DNA from: Chiloscyllium plagiosum
Taxonomy: Eukaryota
NCBI RefSeq assembly: GCF_004010195.1
Contig: NC_057753.1
Location: 7,374,130 to 7,438,129, forward strand
DNA length: 64,000 nucleotides
Direction of reading: 5' to 3'
Below are positions 11,000-23,888 of the stretch, piece by piece; positions within the stretch are counted from its first letter, which is position 1, and every line of letters starts with the position of its first letter. The translations under genes and the position numbers were made by a program. A model generated the notes under the pieces. It saw nothing but the letters and a program-made list of their open reading frames with translations, was not told the DNA's origin and searched no databases.

Positions 11000-13900
11000 G
11001 CCTGACGGGAAGGTAAATTTAAAATATATTAAAGCTTACCTCGGGAGTTCCACATTCTTCATTTTGTCAGTGGAAGTTGGTGTGGGAGGAGCAACAGCTA
11101 GGACCAGAGACCCGACGGGAAGGAATATTTAAAATATATAAAAGCTTACCTCGTTTACAGGCGAAGTGCACACTGAGTGACTGCTGGGTAAGTGAGACTT
11201 TATAATTGGGCAGTATACCGTTTTGGATACTGTTGGCAGGGACAACTTACCAGGGGTAAGCAATGGGGCACAGGTCTCTGGCACAGAGTCTGTCCCTGTT
11301 GCTCAGAGGGGAAGGGGGAAGAGGAGCAGAGCATTAGTTATTGGGACTCCATAGTTAGGGGGACAGATAGGAGGTTCTGTGGGAACGAGAGAGACTCACG
11401 GTTGGTGTGTTGCCTTCCAGATGCCAGGGTTCATGATGTCTCTGATCGTGTTTTCGGGATCCTTGAGGGGGAGGAGGAGCATCCCCAAATTGTCGTCCAC
11501 GCAGGCCCCAATGCCACAGGTAGGGAGATAGATGGGGATTTAAGGCAGAAATTCAGTGAGCTTGAGTGGAACAAACAGTTGCTGTTATCTCTGTTTTGTT
11601 GCCCATGCCGCATGCTAGTGAGGTCAGGGAATTGGGACAGAGAGAGGAGTTAAAAACGCGGCTAGAGGGATGGTGTATGAGGGAGGGTTTTGGATTCCTG
11701 GATAATTGGGGCTCTTTCTAGTGTAGATGGGTCCTCTACAAACAGGATGGTCTTCACCTGAACCAGAGGAGTACCAAGATCCTGGGGGAGGAATTTCAGG
11801 TGGGCTTAAATTAATTTGTAAGGGGGATGGGAATCCAACTTGTGGTTCGGGTACACAGGAGGATGAAAGTAGTGAGGTCAGAATGAAGACTTCAGGTTCA
11901 CAAGAAGTTGGTTAGAAGTGCATCTACTTCAATGCCAGGAGTGTCCGGAATAAGGTGAGTGAACTTGCAGCATGGGTTGGTACCTGGGACTTTGATGTTG
12001 TGGCCATTTCAGAGACATGGATAGAGCAGGGTTGTTGCAGGTTCCAGGATTTAGATGTTTCAGTAGGAACAGAGAAGATGTTAAAAGAGGGGAAGGTGTT
12101 GCATTGTTAGTCAACGACAGCATCACAGTGGCAGAAAGGACGTTTGAGGACTCATCTATTGAGGTGAGAAACAGGAAACTCTGTTGGGAGTTTTCTGTAG
12201 GCTTCCGAATAGTTCCGGAGGTGTAGAGGATAGGATTGCAAAGCTGATCCTCGGTAGGTGCGAGAGGGACAGGGTAGTTGTTATGGGGGACTTCAACTTT
12301 CCAAATATTGACTGGGAATACTATAGTTGAAGCACTTTAGATGGGTCAGTTTTTGTCCAAAGTGCGCAGCACGGTTTCCTAATGTAGACAGGCCAACAAG
12401 GGGTGAGGCCACATTGGATTCGGTACTGGGTAATGAACCCAGCCAGGTGTTCGATTTGGAGGTAGGTGAGCACTTTGATGATAGTGACCACAATTCGGTT
12501 ATGTTTACTTTAGCGATGGAAAGGGATCGGTATATGCTGCAGGGCAAGAGTTATAGCTGAGGGAAAGGCAATTACAATGCGATTTGGCAAGACTCAGGAT
12601 GCAGAGGGGAAGGAAACTGCAGAGGATGGGCGCAATTGAAATGTGGAGCTAATTCAAGGGACAGCAACTGTGTGTCCTTGCTAAGTATGTACCTGTCAGA
12701 TAGGGAGGAAGTTGTCAAGTGTAGGAGCCGCAGTTAACTAAGGAAGTTGAATCTCTTGTCACGAGGAAGAAGAAGGCTTATGTTAGGATGAGATGTAAAG
12801 GCTAGGTTAGGGCGCTTGTGAGTTACAAGTTAACCAGGAAAGACCTAAAGAGAGTGAGCTAAGAAGGGCCGGGAGGGTGTACAAGATAAGTCATTGGTGG
12901 ACAGGATCAAACAAAACCCTCAAGCTTTCTACAGGCATATCAGGAATAAAAGAATGACTAGAGTAAGGTTAGGGCCAATCAAGGACAGTAGTGGGAAGTT
13001 GTGCGTGGAGTCAGAGGAGATCGGGGATGTGCTATTGGTATTCACACTAGAAAAAGACAATGTTGTCAAGGAAAATACTGAGATACAGGCTGCTAGAGTA
13101 GATGGGTTTGAAGTTCACAAGAAGAAGGTGTTAGCAATTCTGGAAAGTGTAAAAATAGATACGTCCCCTGGGCCAGATGGGATTTATCCTAGGATTCTTG
13201 GGAAGCCACGGAGGAGGTTGCTGAGACTTTGGATTTGATCTTTATGTCGTCGTTGTCTACGGGAATAGTGCCAGAAGACTGGAGGATAGCAAATGTTGTT
13301 CCCTTGTTCAAGGAGGGGAGTAGAAACAACCCTGGCATTTATAGACCAGTCAGCCTTACTTCGGTTGTGGGTAAAGTGTTGGAAAAGGTTATAAGGGATA
13401 GGATTTATAATCATCTAGAAAGGAATAAGTTAGTTAGGGATAGTCAACATGGTTTTGTGAAGGGTAGGTTGTGCGTCACAAAGCTTATTAAGTTCTTTGA
13501 GAAGGAGACGAAACAGGTGGATGAGGGTAAACTGGTTGGTGTGGTGTAATGGGATTTCAGTAAGGCGTTTGTTACGGTTCCCCACGGTAGGATATGGCAC
13601 AAAATACGGAGGCATGGGTTGAGGGTGATTTAGCAGTTTGGATCAGAAATTGGCTAGCTGAAAGAAGACAGAGGGTGGTGGTTGATGGGAAATGTTCGTC
13701 CTGGAGTTCAGTTACCAGTGGTGTACCGCAAGGATCTGCTTTGGGTCCACTGCTGTTTGTCATTTTTATATATGATCTAGATGAGGACAGAGAAGGACGA
13801 GTTAGTAAATTTGCAGATGATACTAAGGTTGGTAGAGTTGTGGATAGTGACAAAGGATGTTTGTAGGTTACAGTGGGACATAGAGATGCTGCAGAGCTGG

Positions 13901-14822
13901 GTTGAGAGGTGGCAAGTAGAGTTTAATGTGGAAAAGTGTGAGGTGATTCACTTTGGAAAGTGTAACAGGAGTAAACAGTATTGGGCTAATGGGAAGATTC
14001 TTGGCAGTGTAGATGAACAACAATCTCCTTGTCCAGGTACACAGATCCTAGCTGGGTTGAGAGGTGGCAAGTAGAGTTTAATGTGGAAAAGTGTGAGGTG
14101 ATTCACTTTGGAAAGTGTAACAGGAGTAAACAGTACTGGGCTAATGGAAAGATTCTTGGCAGTGTAGATGAATAACGATCTCCTTGTCCAGGTACACAGA
14201 TCCTTGAAAGTTGCCACTCAGTTGACAGGGTTGTTAAGAGGGCAGACAGTGTGTTAGCTTTAATTGGTAGAGGGATTGAGTTTTGGAACCATGCTGCAGC
14301 GTACAAAATACTTGGGAGTATTGCATACAGTTCTGGTCACCCCATTATAGGAAGGATGTGGAAGTTTTGGAAAGGGTTCAGAGGAGATTTACCAGGATGT
14401 TGCTTTGGTATGGAGGGAAGGTCTCACGAGGAAAGGTTTAGGGACTTGGGACTGTTTTCGTTAGAGAGAAGGTTGAGAGCTGACTTAATTGAGACATATA
14501 AGATAATCAGAGGGTTAGATAGGGTGGACAGTGAGAGCCTTTTTCCTCAGATGGTGATGGCTAGGACGAGGGGACATCACTTTAAATTGAGGGGTGGTAG
14601 ATGTCAGAGGTAGTGTCTTTACTCGGAGAGTAGTAGGGCGTGGAACGCACTGTCTGCCACAGTCGTAGACTCGCCAAGTTTAAGGGCATTATAATGATCA
14701 TTGGAGAGGCATATGGATGAGGATGGAATAGTGTAGGTTAGATAGGCTTCAGATTGGTTTCACACGTCGGTGCAACATCGAGGGCCGAAGGTTCTGTACT
14801 GCGCTGCAATGTTCTATGTTCT
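11000..14822 (+). mobile_element. Near full-length decayed CR1 LINE (ORF1 SGNH esterase; ORF2 APE endonuclease + RT)
   Basis: Fragments include DSIVRGTDRRFCG..VVHAG (esterase), GDFNFP/LGN/SDHNSV (APE), YRPVSLTS and [17 protein letters not shown] (RT). Tail gttctatgttct. Many stops and frameshifts. Confidence 0.93.
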
Positions 14823-15332
14823 AATGAGATGCTGTGTGTGTGTTTGAGACAGTGTGAGGGAGTCTATATATCTGAGAGAGTGTCTGTGAGATGCTGTGTG
14901 TGTATGTGTTTGAGAGAGTATGTGAGATCCTGTCTGTGTACATGATCCTGTCTGTGTGCGTATTTGAGTGTGAGGAAGTCTATGCATCTAAGAGTGTCTA
15001 TGAGATGCTGAATGTGTTTGAAATTGTGAGGGAGTACATGCATCTCAGAGTGTGTGTATGAGACGCTGTGTGTGTGTGGTTTTGAGAGAGAGCGAGGGTG
15101 TACATGCATCTGAGAGTGTTGTATATTTGCGAGAGACTGAGGGAGTACATGCATCAGAGGCTGCGTATGTGTTTGAAACAGTGTGAGGAATGCTATGTAT
15201 TTGAGAGACAGTGTATGAGATGCTTTGTGTGTGTGTTTTAGAGAGTGTGAGGGAGTCTATGCACCTGAGAGAGTGTGTATGAAATGCTGAATGTATGTGT
15301 GTTTGAGGGAGTACATGCATCTGAGTGAGTGA

Positions 15333-15364
<32 letters not shown>

Positions 15365-16700
15365 CAGAGAGTGTGAGAGGGAGAGAATGTGAGAGAGAAA
15401 GTCAACATTAGAGTGGTACTAGAAAAGCACAGCAAGTCAGGCAGCATCCGAGGAGCAGAAAAATAGACGTTTTGGGCAGGAGCCCTTGATCAGGAATCCT
15501 TACTTTTGCCAGAGTGTGACGGAGTCTATCCATCTCAGAGAGTGTGTATGAGATGCAATGTGTGTGTTTTTAAGAGTGTGTGAGGGAGTCTATCAATTTG
15601 AGAGATTGACTATGAGATGGTCTGTCAAAATGTGTGTTTGAGAGTGTGAGGGAGTCTTAGCATCTGAGAGACTGTATGAGATGCTGTTTGTGTGAGTTTC
15701 AGAGAATGTGAGGGAGTTTATGCATCTGAGAGAGAGTGTATGAAGTACAGCGGCTCTGGGTGTCTGTGGGAGTGTGTATGAGATGCTGTATGTCTGCGTT
15801 TGTGAGAATGTGTGTGTGTGTTTTTCTGAGACAGTGTGAGGGAGTCTATGCATCTCTGAGAATGTGTATGAGATGGTGTGTGTGTCAGAGAGTGTGAGGG
15901 AGTACATGTATCTCAGAGATATGCATAAGATGCTACTTTTGTATGTGTGTGTGAGAGGGTAAGAGAGAGTCTATCTCAAGAGTGTGTGTATGAGATGCTG
16001 TGTGCGTGAGAGAGATTGAGTGTGTGTGGTGGTACCTGCATCAAGGAGAGTGTATGAGATGCTATGTGTGTATTTTTAAGAGTGTGGGAGGGAGTCTATC
16101 CATCTGAGAGACTGTGTATGAGATGCTCTGTGTAAATGAATATGTGAGTGTTTGAGAGTGTGAGAGAGTCTATCCATCGGAATGAGTGTGTGAAATACAG
16201 TGGTTCTGTGTGTCTGTGAGAATGTGCATGAGATTCTGTGTGTGTATGTTTGAGAGACTGTGAGGGTGTACATGCATCTGAGAGGGTGTGCATGATATGC
16301 TGTGTGTGTGTTTGAGAAAGTGGAAGGGAGTCTGTGCATCTCAGAGATTGTATATAATATGCTGTGTGTCTGTGTTTGAGAGAGTGATTGGGAGTGTATG
16401 CATAGCAGAGTGTGTATGAGATGGTATGTGTGTATTTTTAAGAGTGTGTGAGGGAGTCTATCTATCTGAGAGACTGTATATGAGATGCTGTTTGTGTCAG
16501 TTTTGGAGAATGTGAGGGAGTCTATGCATCTGAGAAACAGTGTATGAAATATAATGGTTGTGTGTGTTTGTGAGAATGTGTATGAGATGCTGTGTGTGTA
16601 TGTTTGAGAGAGTGTGAGGGTGCACATGCATCTGAGAGGGTATGCATGAGATGGTGTGTGTGTGTGATTGAGATTGCGGGTCAGTACATGCATCACAGAG
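14823..16700. repeat. TG-rich degenerate satellite, ~60-bp unit (block 2)
   Basis: Same unit as 8580-10995. Interrupted at about 15400-15500 by a minus-strand Penelope family B fragment. Confidence 0.9.
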
Positions 16701-17119
16701 AGGAGCATCCGAAATAAAGTGAGTGAACTGGCAGCGTGGGTTGGTACCTAGGACTTCGATGCTGTGGCCATTACGGAGACATGGATAAAGCAGGGGCAGG
16801 AATGGCTGTTGCAGGTTCCGGGATTCAGATGTTTCAGTAAGAACAGAGAAGATGGCAAAAGAGGGGGAGGTGTGGCATTGTTGATCAGGGACAATATTAC
16901 AGTTGTAGAAAGGATCTTTGGGGACTGGTTAACTGAGATAGTATGGGCTGAGGTTAGAAACAGGAAAGGAGAAGTCACCATGCTGGGAGTTATCTATCGG
17001 CCTCCGAATAGTCCCAGAGATGTAGAGGAAAGGATAGCAAAGATGATTCTCGATAGGAGTGAGAGAGGTAGGGTAGTTGTCATGGGGGACTTCAACTATC
17101 CAAATATTGACTGGGATCA
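16701..17119 (+). mobile_element. CR1 ORF2 N-terminal (APE endonuclease) fragment
   Basis: AITETW..KRGGGVALL..IYRPPNS..VVMGDFNYPNIDWDH, truncated by the LTR. Confidence 0.9.
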
Positions 17120-17804
17120 TGTTTTAAAAAAATTCTCAAGGTCAGGTTCGTAGGAGAGTAGTCTGACACAGAACAAACGACCAAGAGGCGAGTCTGCTAG
17201 AATATGGGCATTTTATTCCCCGCAGCGTCGCCACAACCAACGGGTCTGGCTTATACTCACTATGTTACCGGAACTGGGAGCCGTCAGTTCTCGTAGAGCG
17301 GTTGCCAACAACCCACGCTCGGCGGTTAAACGTAACCCCGGAGCAGACTCACCGAACTGGAGACTTTTCCAGCTGATATACTCTTTTCCAGATATAAACA
17401 TTCATGTGAACAGCAGAGCAAGGCTAAAAAACACATTCCATTCTGGTTACATACAGATAAGAAGATTCACACGGGGAGGTGTGTAACAAGATTCACACGG
17501 GACTAAGCGACACCTTCCATTTTCGGTTAGAGCAGAGCAAGGCTAAAAAACACATTCCATTCTGGTTACATACAGATAAGAAGATTCACACGGGGAGGTG
17601 TGTAACAAGATTCACACGGGACTAAGCGACACCTTCCATTTTCGGTTAGAGCAGAGCAAGGCTAAAAAACACATTCCATTCTAGTTACATACAGATAAGA
17701 AGATTCACACGGGGAGGTGTGTAATAAGATTCACACGGGACTAAGCAACACCTCCATTCCGGTTAGATTCACACATGTATTGGGACATAATTTTAACCCT
17801 TTCA
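17120..17804 (-). mobile_element. Solo LTR (ERV-like), CpG-rich and young
   Basis: The minus strand starts TGAAAGGG (17804) and ends AAAACA (17120). It has a tandem U3-like repeat, then TATA-like sequence near 17375-17400, then AATAAAA (reverse of ttttatt at 17211-17217), in U3-R-U5 order. Confidence 0.7.
17412..17768. repeat. Tandem repeat, 3 x 119 bp, nearly identical, within the LTR
   Basis: agcagagcaaggctaaaaaacacattcc.. starts at 17412, 17531 and 17650. Confidence 0.95.
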
Positions 17805-17947
17805 CCACAATGCCCTGGGGTTGAAGTGTTCTGAGGCAGAAGATGACGCGTTCTTCCTCCAGGCGTCTGGTGGTGAGGGAACGGCGGTGAAGGAGGCCCA
17901 GGACCTCCATGTCCTCGGCAGAGTGGGAGGGGTAGTTGAAATGTTGG
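17805..17947 (-). mobile_element. Penelope family B GIY-YIG C-terminal fragment
   Basis: The minus strand reads QHFNYPSHSAEDMEVLGLLHRRSLTTRRLEEERVIFCLRTLQPQGI, homologous to 37660-37887. Confidence 0.8.
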
Positions 17948-18447
17948 NNNNNNNNNNNNNNNNNNNNNNNNNNNNNNNNNNNNNNNNNNNNNNNNNNNNN
18001 NNNNNNNNNNNNNNNNNNNNNNNNNNNNNNNNNNNNNNNNNNNNNNNNNNNNNNNNNNNNNNNNNNNNNNNNNNNNNNNNNNNNNNNNNNNNNNNNNNNN
18101 NNNNNNNNNNNNNNNNNNNNNNNNNNNNNNNNNNNNNNNNNNNNNNNNNNNNNNNNNNNNNNNNNNNNNNNNNNNNNNNNNNNNNNNNNNNNNNNNNNNN
18201 NNNNNNNNNNNNNNNNNNNNNNNNNNNNNNNNNNNNNNNNNNNNNNNNNNNNNNNNNNNNNNNNNNNNNNNNNNNNNNNNNNNNNNNNNNNNNNNNNNNN
18301 NNNNNNNNNNNNNNNNNNNNNNNNNNNNNNNNNNNNNNNNNNNNNNNNNNNNNNNNNNNNNNNNNNNNNNNNNNNNNNNNNNNNNNNNNNNNNNNNNNNN
18401 NNNNNNNNNNNNNNNNNNNNNNNNNNNNNNNNNNNNNNNNNNNNNNN
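17948..18447. other. Assembly gap (500 N)
   Basis: Run of n. Confidence 1.
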
Positions 18448-18519
18448 ACTACAACCCTCTGTTTTCTTTCAGCAAGCCAATTACTGATCCAAACTGCTGT
18501 GTCTCCCACAATCCCATTC

Positions 18520-18725
18520 CATGAGGGGCGTGCCTTTTTTGCCCACCATTAGGAGAGAATGAAGGGTGGGGCAAGCTCTCACTAATAGGAGTCAATGAAG
18601 GGCAAGTCTATTTCTCCACCGTTAGGACCAATAGAGGGGCGTGAATTTTTCACTCACCAAGAAGAGTAACTGAGGGGGCGGGGACTAATTCTCCAACCAA
18701 TAGGAATGAACAAGGGGCGGGATTA
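18520..18725 (+). promoter_or_regulatory. Array of alternating GC-box / CCAAT-box motifs (promoter-like)
   Basis: About 40-bp periodic ggggcg(t/g)g .. cca(a/t)tagga, e.g. gggggcgggga..ccaaccaataggaatgaacaaggggcggg. Confidence 0.5.
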
Positions 18726-19186
18726 GATGATTGAATTTTCAGTGGGGGAAGCATGTTGGGATCAATGATCATCATAAAATTTTATGTATGGATTGAGATG
18801 CCAAAGGAAGTAGTCGAGACCAAAAAAAAAAGCTGCAGATGCTGGAATCCAAGGAAGAGAAGCAGGAGGCTGGAAGAACACAGCAAGCAGGACTGGGGGT
18901 GTGTGTGTGGGGGGCCAGTTGCAGATAAAGGCAGTGGCTTGGGCAGGATGGTGATGGGAACAGGTGTAGGGTACAACGTGGTTGGTCAGTGGTAGGACTC
19001 AATCCAGTCAGTGGCTGGGCTGAGTGGAAGGGAGGCGGAGGGGCTGGGATCGGAGGTTATTTGAAATTGGAGAAGTTAATGTTGAGTTCTGGCTGGAGTG
19101 GAGGCTGGTACAATTAGAACATTTGAAAGGCTTCTGGGTGGGATATGAGTAGGAAGGGTTTGGAGGGAGTGCTGGCAAATGGGATA

Positions 19187-19512
19187 TGATTAGGGGGTTA
19201 GATAGGGTTGACAGTGTGAACCTTTTCCCGCGTATGGAGTCGGGTATTACAAGGGGGCATAGCTTTAAATTAAGGGGGGGTAGATATAGGACTGAAGTTA
19301 GGGGTAGGTTCTTCACTCAGCGAGTCGTAAGTTCATGGAATGCCCTGCCAGTAGCAGTGGTGGACTCTCCCTCTTTATGGGCATTTAAGCGGGCATTGGA
19401 TAGGTATATGGAGGATAGTGGGTTAGTATAGGCTAGGTGGGCTTGGATCGGCACAACATCGAGGGCCAAAGGGCCTGTACTGCGCTGTATTCTTCTATGT
19501 TCTATGTTCTAT
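19187..19512 (+). mobile_element. CR1 3' end (5'-truncated, young)
   Basis: IRGLDRVD..TRGHSFKL..FFTQRVVSSWNALP..AFKRALD. Tail ttctatgttctatgttctat. Confidence 0.9.
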
Positions 19513-19579
19513 ATCTGGTCAGCATGGACGATTGGACCAAAGGCACTGTTTTGGTGCTGTACACCTCTATGATTGCGAG

Positions 19580-22500
19580 AAATGGTAAACTGGGGAAAGG
19601 CTAATCACACAACTTGCGGTAGGAACTGGAAAACCTGGATTCAAGTAAGTACACACTTCACATGTAGGAGACTTTAAAACCCAACTGACCAGAATTCAGG
19701 ACCGGCCTGTTCCTGTGATGATGAAAGCTAAGGATGACAAGATCCAGGAACATTTGGATGATGAGAGATGTTGTAAGTTTAGCTGAAAAGATAAATGAAG
19801 AATATGCAAGATTAGAAAACAGAAATGAAACAAGTCCCTTGAGAAGTATAAAGGAAGCAGAAAATAACAATAATGACATTAGGAGGGCTGGAAGGGCCAT
19901 GAAATGCTCTTCCCTAGTACTATTAAGGAGAATCCCAAAGAATTGTATTTGTACATTTTGGAGCAAGAGGGTAACTAGGGGAAAAAGTAGGTCCACTCAA
20001 GGACAAAGGAGGGATTTTGTGCGAGGAGTCAGAGGAAGTGGGTGAGGTTGTAAATGAGTGTTTTATATCAGTAGTTAGCAATGAAAAATAAATGGATTAT
20101 AAATCTAGGTGAGTATACTCTTAGCATGTTGAACTTAAGAAGCAAGTACTGCTGGCTGTCTTGAAAACCATTAAGGTAGATAAGTCTCCAGAGCCTGACG
20201 GAATCTATTCCAGGACACTGAAGATTGCAAGGGAGGAGATTGGCTGAAATCTTAGCCATAAGTGAAAGTCCAGATGACTGGGGAATAGCTAATGTTATTT
20301 CTGGACAGGATTTACTTGTATTTGGACAACAATTGACTTATTAGCAATAGTTAGCATGGCTTTATTCAGGTGAGGTGGAAGGTGATTGATGGAAGGTGCA
20401 AAGCAGTGGAAGTTGTCTACATAGACTTCTCTAAAGATTTTGGAAGGTTCCTTCATGGTAGGCAGATCCAGAAGATCAAATTGCATCGAACCCATGGTGA
20501 GTTGGTAAGTTGAATACAAAATTGGTTTGGCCGTAGATGTCAAGGTTTGTTATGGAGCGGTGTTTTTCTGACTGGCGTTCTGGGGACAATGGTATTTTGT
20601 TGTAAGGATGAGTGCTGGGATGTCTGTTACATACAAACATACGTAAGAAATAGGAGAAGGAATAGGACATCGGCCCATCCTACTCCACCATTCAATAAGA
20701 TCAACTTATTTCTTTATGGACTCAGCTCCACTTCCTCACTCATTTTCCTTACTGTTCTTTGCCTTAAAAACATTCAATGAGGTAGCCCCAATTGCTTCAG
20801 TGGACAGGGAATTCCATAGGTTCACAACCCATTGGGTGAAGAAGTACCTCCTCAACTCAGAGTTAAATCTGCTTGCGCTTAGTTTGAGGCTATGCCTCTA
20901 GTTATCGTTTCACCTACCAGTGGGAACAATCGCGCTGCTTTGAGCTTAGCTGTTCCCTTCAAAATTCTCTATCTTTCTATAAGATCCACCCCCCCCCTCC
21001 ACCACCATTTCCAAATCCCTATGCGTATAGTCCACTCAGTCTCTCCTCATAAGCCAACCCTTTGAACTAACTTACTGATCCTCCTGTGCATCCCCTGCAG
21101 TGCCAGCGCATCCTTTCTCAAGTAAGGAAAGCATAATTGTGCACATTACTCTCGGTGTAGCCTCACCAGCAAGCAATACATTACCTCCTGTAGCTGCAAA
21201 CCAACGTTTTTGTGATTCATGCAGAAAGATACCCAGGTCCCTGTGCACAGCAGCATGTTACAACTTTTCACCATTTAAATAATAGTCCATTTCGCTTTTA
21301 ATCCTACTAAAATGGTTGACCTCACATTTACCAACATTTTACTTTAGCTGCCAGACCTTTGCTCACTCACTTAAAGTCTGCAGAGGGATATAAATAGGTT
21401 CAGTGTCCTCTGCACACTTCGCTCCATCTGTCATTTTAGTGTCATCTGCAAACTTTGACACACTGCACTTGGCAAAAACAATGACTGCAGATGCTGGAAA
21501 CCAGATTCTGGACTAGTGGTGCTGGAAGAGCACAGCAGTTCAGGCAGCACTTGGCCCCCAACTCAAAATCAAATAATTAAACGGTAAACATTTGTGGTCC
21601 CAACACTGATCCCTGAGGCACACCTCTGGCCACTTTTGTTTGCAGTCAGTATCAATGATTGGGATGGAAATGGTGGTCTGATTAGTAAGTTTGCAGATGA
21701 CATGGATATTGGTGGAATTATGGATTGTGACTAAACATGCAGAGGATAGAGATCAGGTGGAATGGCCAGTAGAGTTCAATCCCGGCAAGTGCGAGGTGAT
21801 GTATTTTGGAAAGTCCCAATACAAGGAGGATGTGTACTGTCAATGGCCAGACCTTGAGGAGCATTGACATGAGAAAGGAATCTTCAGGTCCAAGTCCACA
21901 GTTCCCTGAATGTGGCAAAACCAATGGATGAAGTATTGAGGAAAGCGTACAGCATGCTTACCTTCAGTCGGGGCACTGAGTGTAAAGGCTGACAAGTCAT
22001 GTTGCTACTGTGGAAGACTTTGGTCAGACTACATTTGAAACACTGAGTGCAATTCTGGTTACCACGCTCTCAGAAGAATGTGAAGGATTGGAGAGGGTGC
22101 AGAAGAGATTGACCAGGATCTTGCCTGGATTGGAATCTATCAGCTATATGTAGAGGTTGGACAAACTTAGGTTGTTTTTGTTAGAGGATAACGGGGTGAG
22201 GGGGTGGGGTGGGGGGCGGTTGTGGTGATGTGATGGAAGTTATGAAATACTGATGGGACATGGATAGGATGGCTAGTCAGCAACTCTTTCTGAGATTGCA
22301 AATGTCACATACCAGGGGGAAGAGGTTTAAGGTGAGAGGGGATTAAGTTTAAAAGAAATGAATAAGGAAAGTTTTTTTTTTAAACACAGAGGAAGTAGGT
22401 GCGTGGAATGTTCTGCCATGGGGGGTGGTAGGAGCGGTTGCATCGCAAAATTGGAGGCATTGAGTTTTACCTGTGAACAAGCAGAGAGTAGAGGGATCCA

Positions 22501-23300
22501 GAACATGTGCAGGCAGATGGGATTAGTTTAGAATAGCAAGGTGGTCAGCACAGTCAGGGAAGGCTGAAGGGCCAGTTGCTGTGCTGTACTGTCCTCTGTT
22601 GTCATCTCTGTCCTGGCTGGATGACCCCTTTAGCAGATTACGTACGTCTGGTCCTAGACTCTCCCACAAAAGGCAGCAGTCTTTCTGCAGCTACCCTGCC
22701 GTGCCACCGAAGAATCTGACAGGTTTCGATAAGGTCAAACCTCAATCTTCTAAACTCTAATGAGGACAGGCCCAACCTTCTCAACCTCTGCCCCCCAGAA
22801 GACATTCCGACCACACCTGGGATAAGATGCCCAAAATTGTTCTCATTATTCTAGGTTTTGTCTAATTACTACCTTGTTTAGTTTTTACAATGTTTTTCAC
22901 TTTTTATTCTCCATTCCATTTGAAACCAAGGCCAAATTACCTCCAAATGACAACACTCCCGCCAACTCCCTCTGCCAAGTTTTTGCCTGCTGATCGACCT
23001 GTTTCTATCCCTCTGCAGACTCTGTGCCATTCCCACCATGTGAATTCCAGCCTATTTTTGTGTCATCCACAAACTTTGCTGTCATACCTTGGCTGTCCCC
23101 ATTCAAGTCAGTAATATACATTGTAAATCATGGTGGTAATAGCTGTGATCTATGTGACACTCCATTCGGAATAGATTGCCACCGTGAAAACACCCCTCCT
23201 CTGTCTTCTATTAGTTTATCAATTCCCCGTTCATCATACTACCAGCCCCACAGGCTCTTAGCTCATGAGTAGCCTGACGTGTTGTGCCTTATTGGAAGTT
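19580..23300. mobile_element. Nested, degraded CR1 fragments in both orientations
   Basis: Plus about 19580-20560 and 21630-22600, minus about 20640-21630 and 22600-23300. Recognisable RT motifs (tttgcagatgac FADD; ggatcagtgttgggacc). Confidence 0.7.
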
Positions 23301-23888
23301 GGGAGAAACTGGGGTGTCTTTTCGTCAGGAAAAAAATGCAGAATGACCAGAGATGTGAGCAGAGAGTTCAAAATGTGATCAAGATCAATATATAAGATGT
23401 CCCAAGCAGTCCATGTCCTTCAGGATCTGTGTCCAGGGCAGGAACTTATGAGTTTATCTCTGTGAGGTACATTCCAGCGTCACAATGAAACACTCCCCAA
23501 TTACAGAGCATGGATTAGACACAGAGTAAACCCATGACCTTTCCCTGTGAGACAGATAGTGAGGAACTGAGAGTCTCCAGATCAATGATATTTCTCACTC
23601 AGCAAGGTAGAAGTTGATCCTGTGCCTGTCACCATTAATTCTGGGCTTCAAATGGCTCATCCTGTTGCTGTTTCACTCTCTCTCTAACCTGTTCAGGGAA
23701 TGCTTGTTGCGGAGTGTGTGAAGAGAACTGTACTGTGTTTATGACACCATGCTGGACTTATCCGTTGAATATATGATGGGAACAGCATGGAGGAGACTTA
23801 CTCTGTGTCTGACACTGATCTGTGAGGGAGATGAAAACAAATTAGGAGAATCTTTTCATCAAATCTATATCCTGTCTGCCCAGAGCAT

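Noticed and set aside
8330..16708. Many His/Thr- or Cys/Val-rich ORFs
   Set aside because: Translations of the TG/CA satellite.
17412..17768. CRISPR-like direct repeats
   Set aside because: Head-to-tail 119-bp units with no unique spacers, inside a eukaryotic LTR, and no cas genes.
17802..18552. Long ORFs of 183-243 aa
   Set aside because: Artefacts of reading through N runs.
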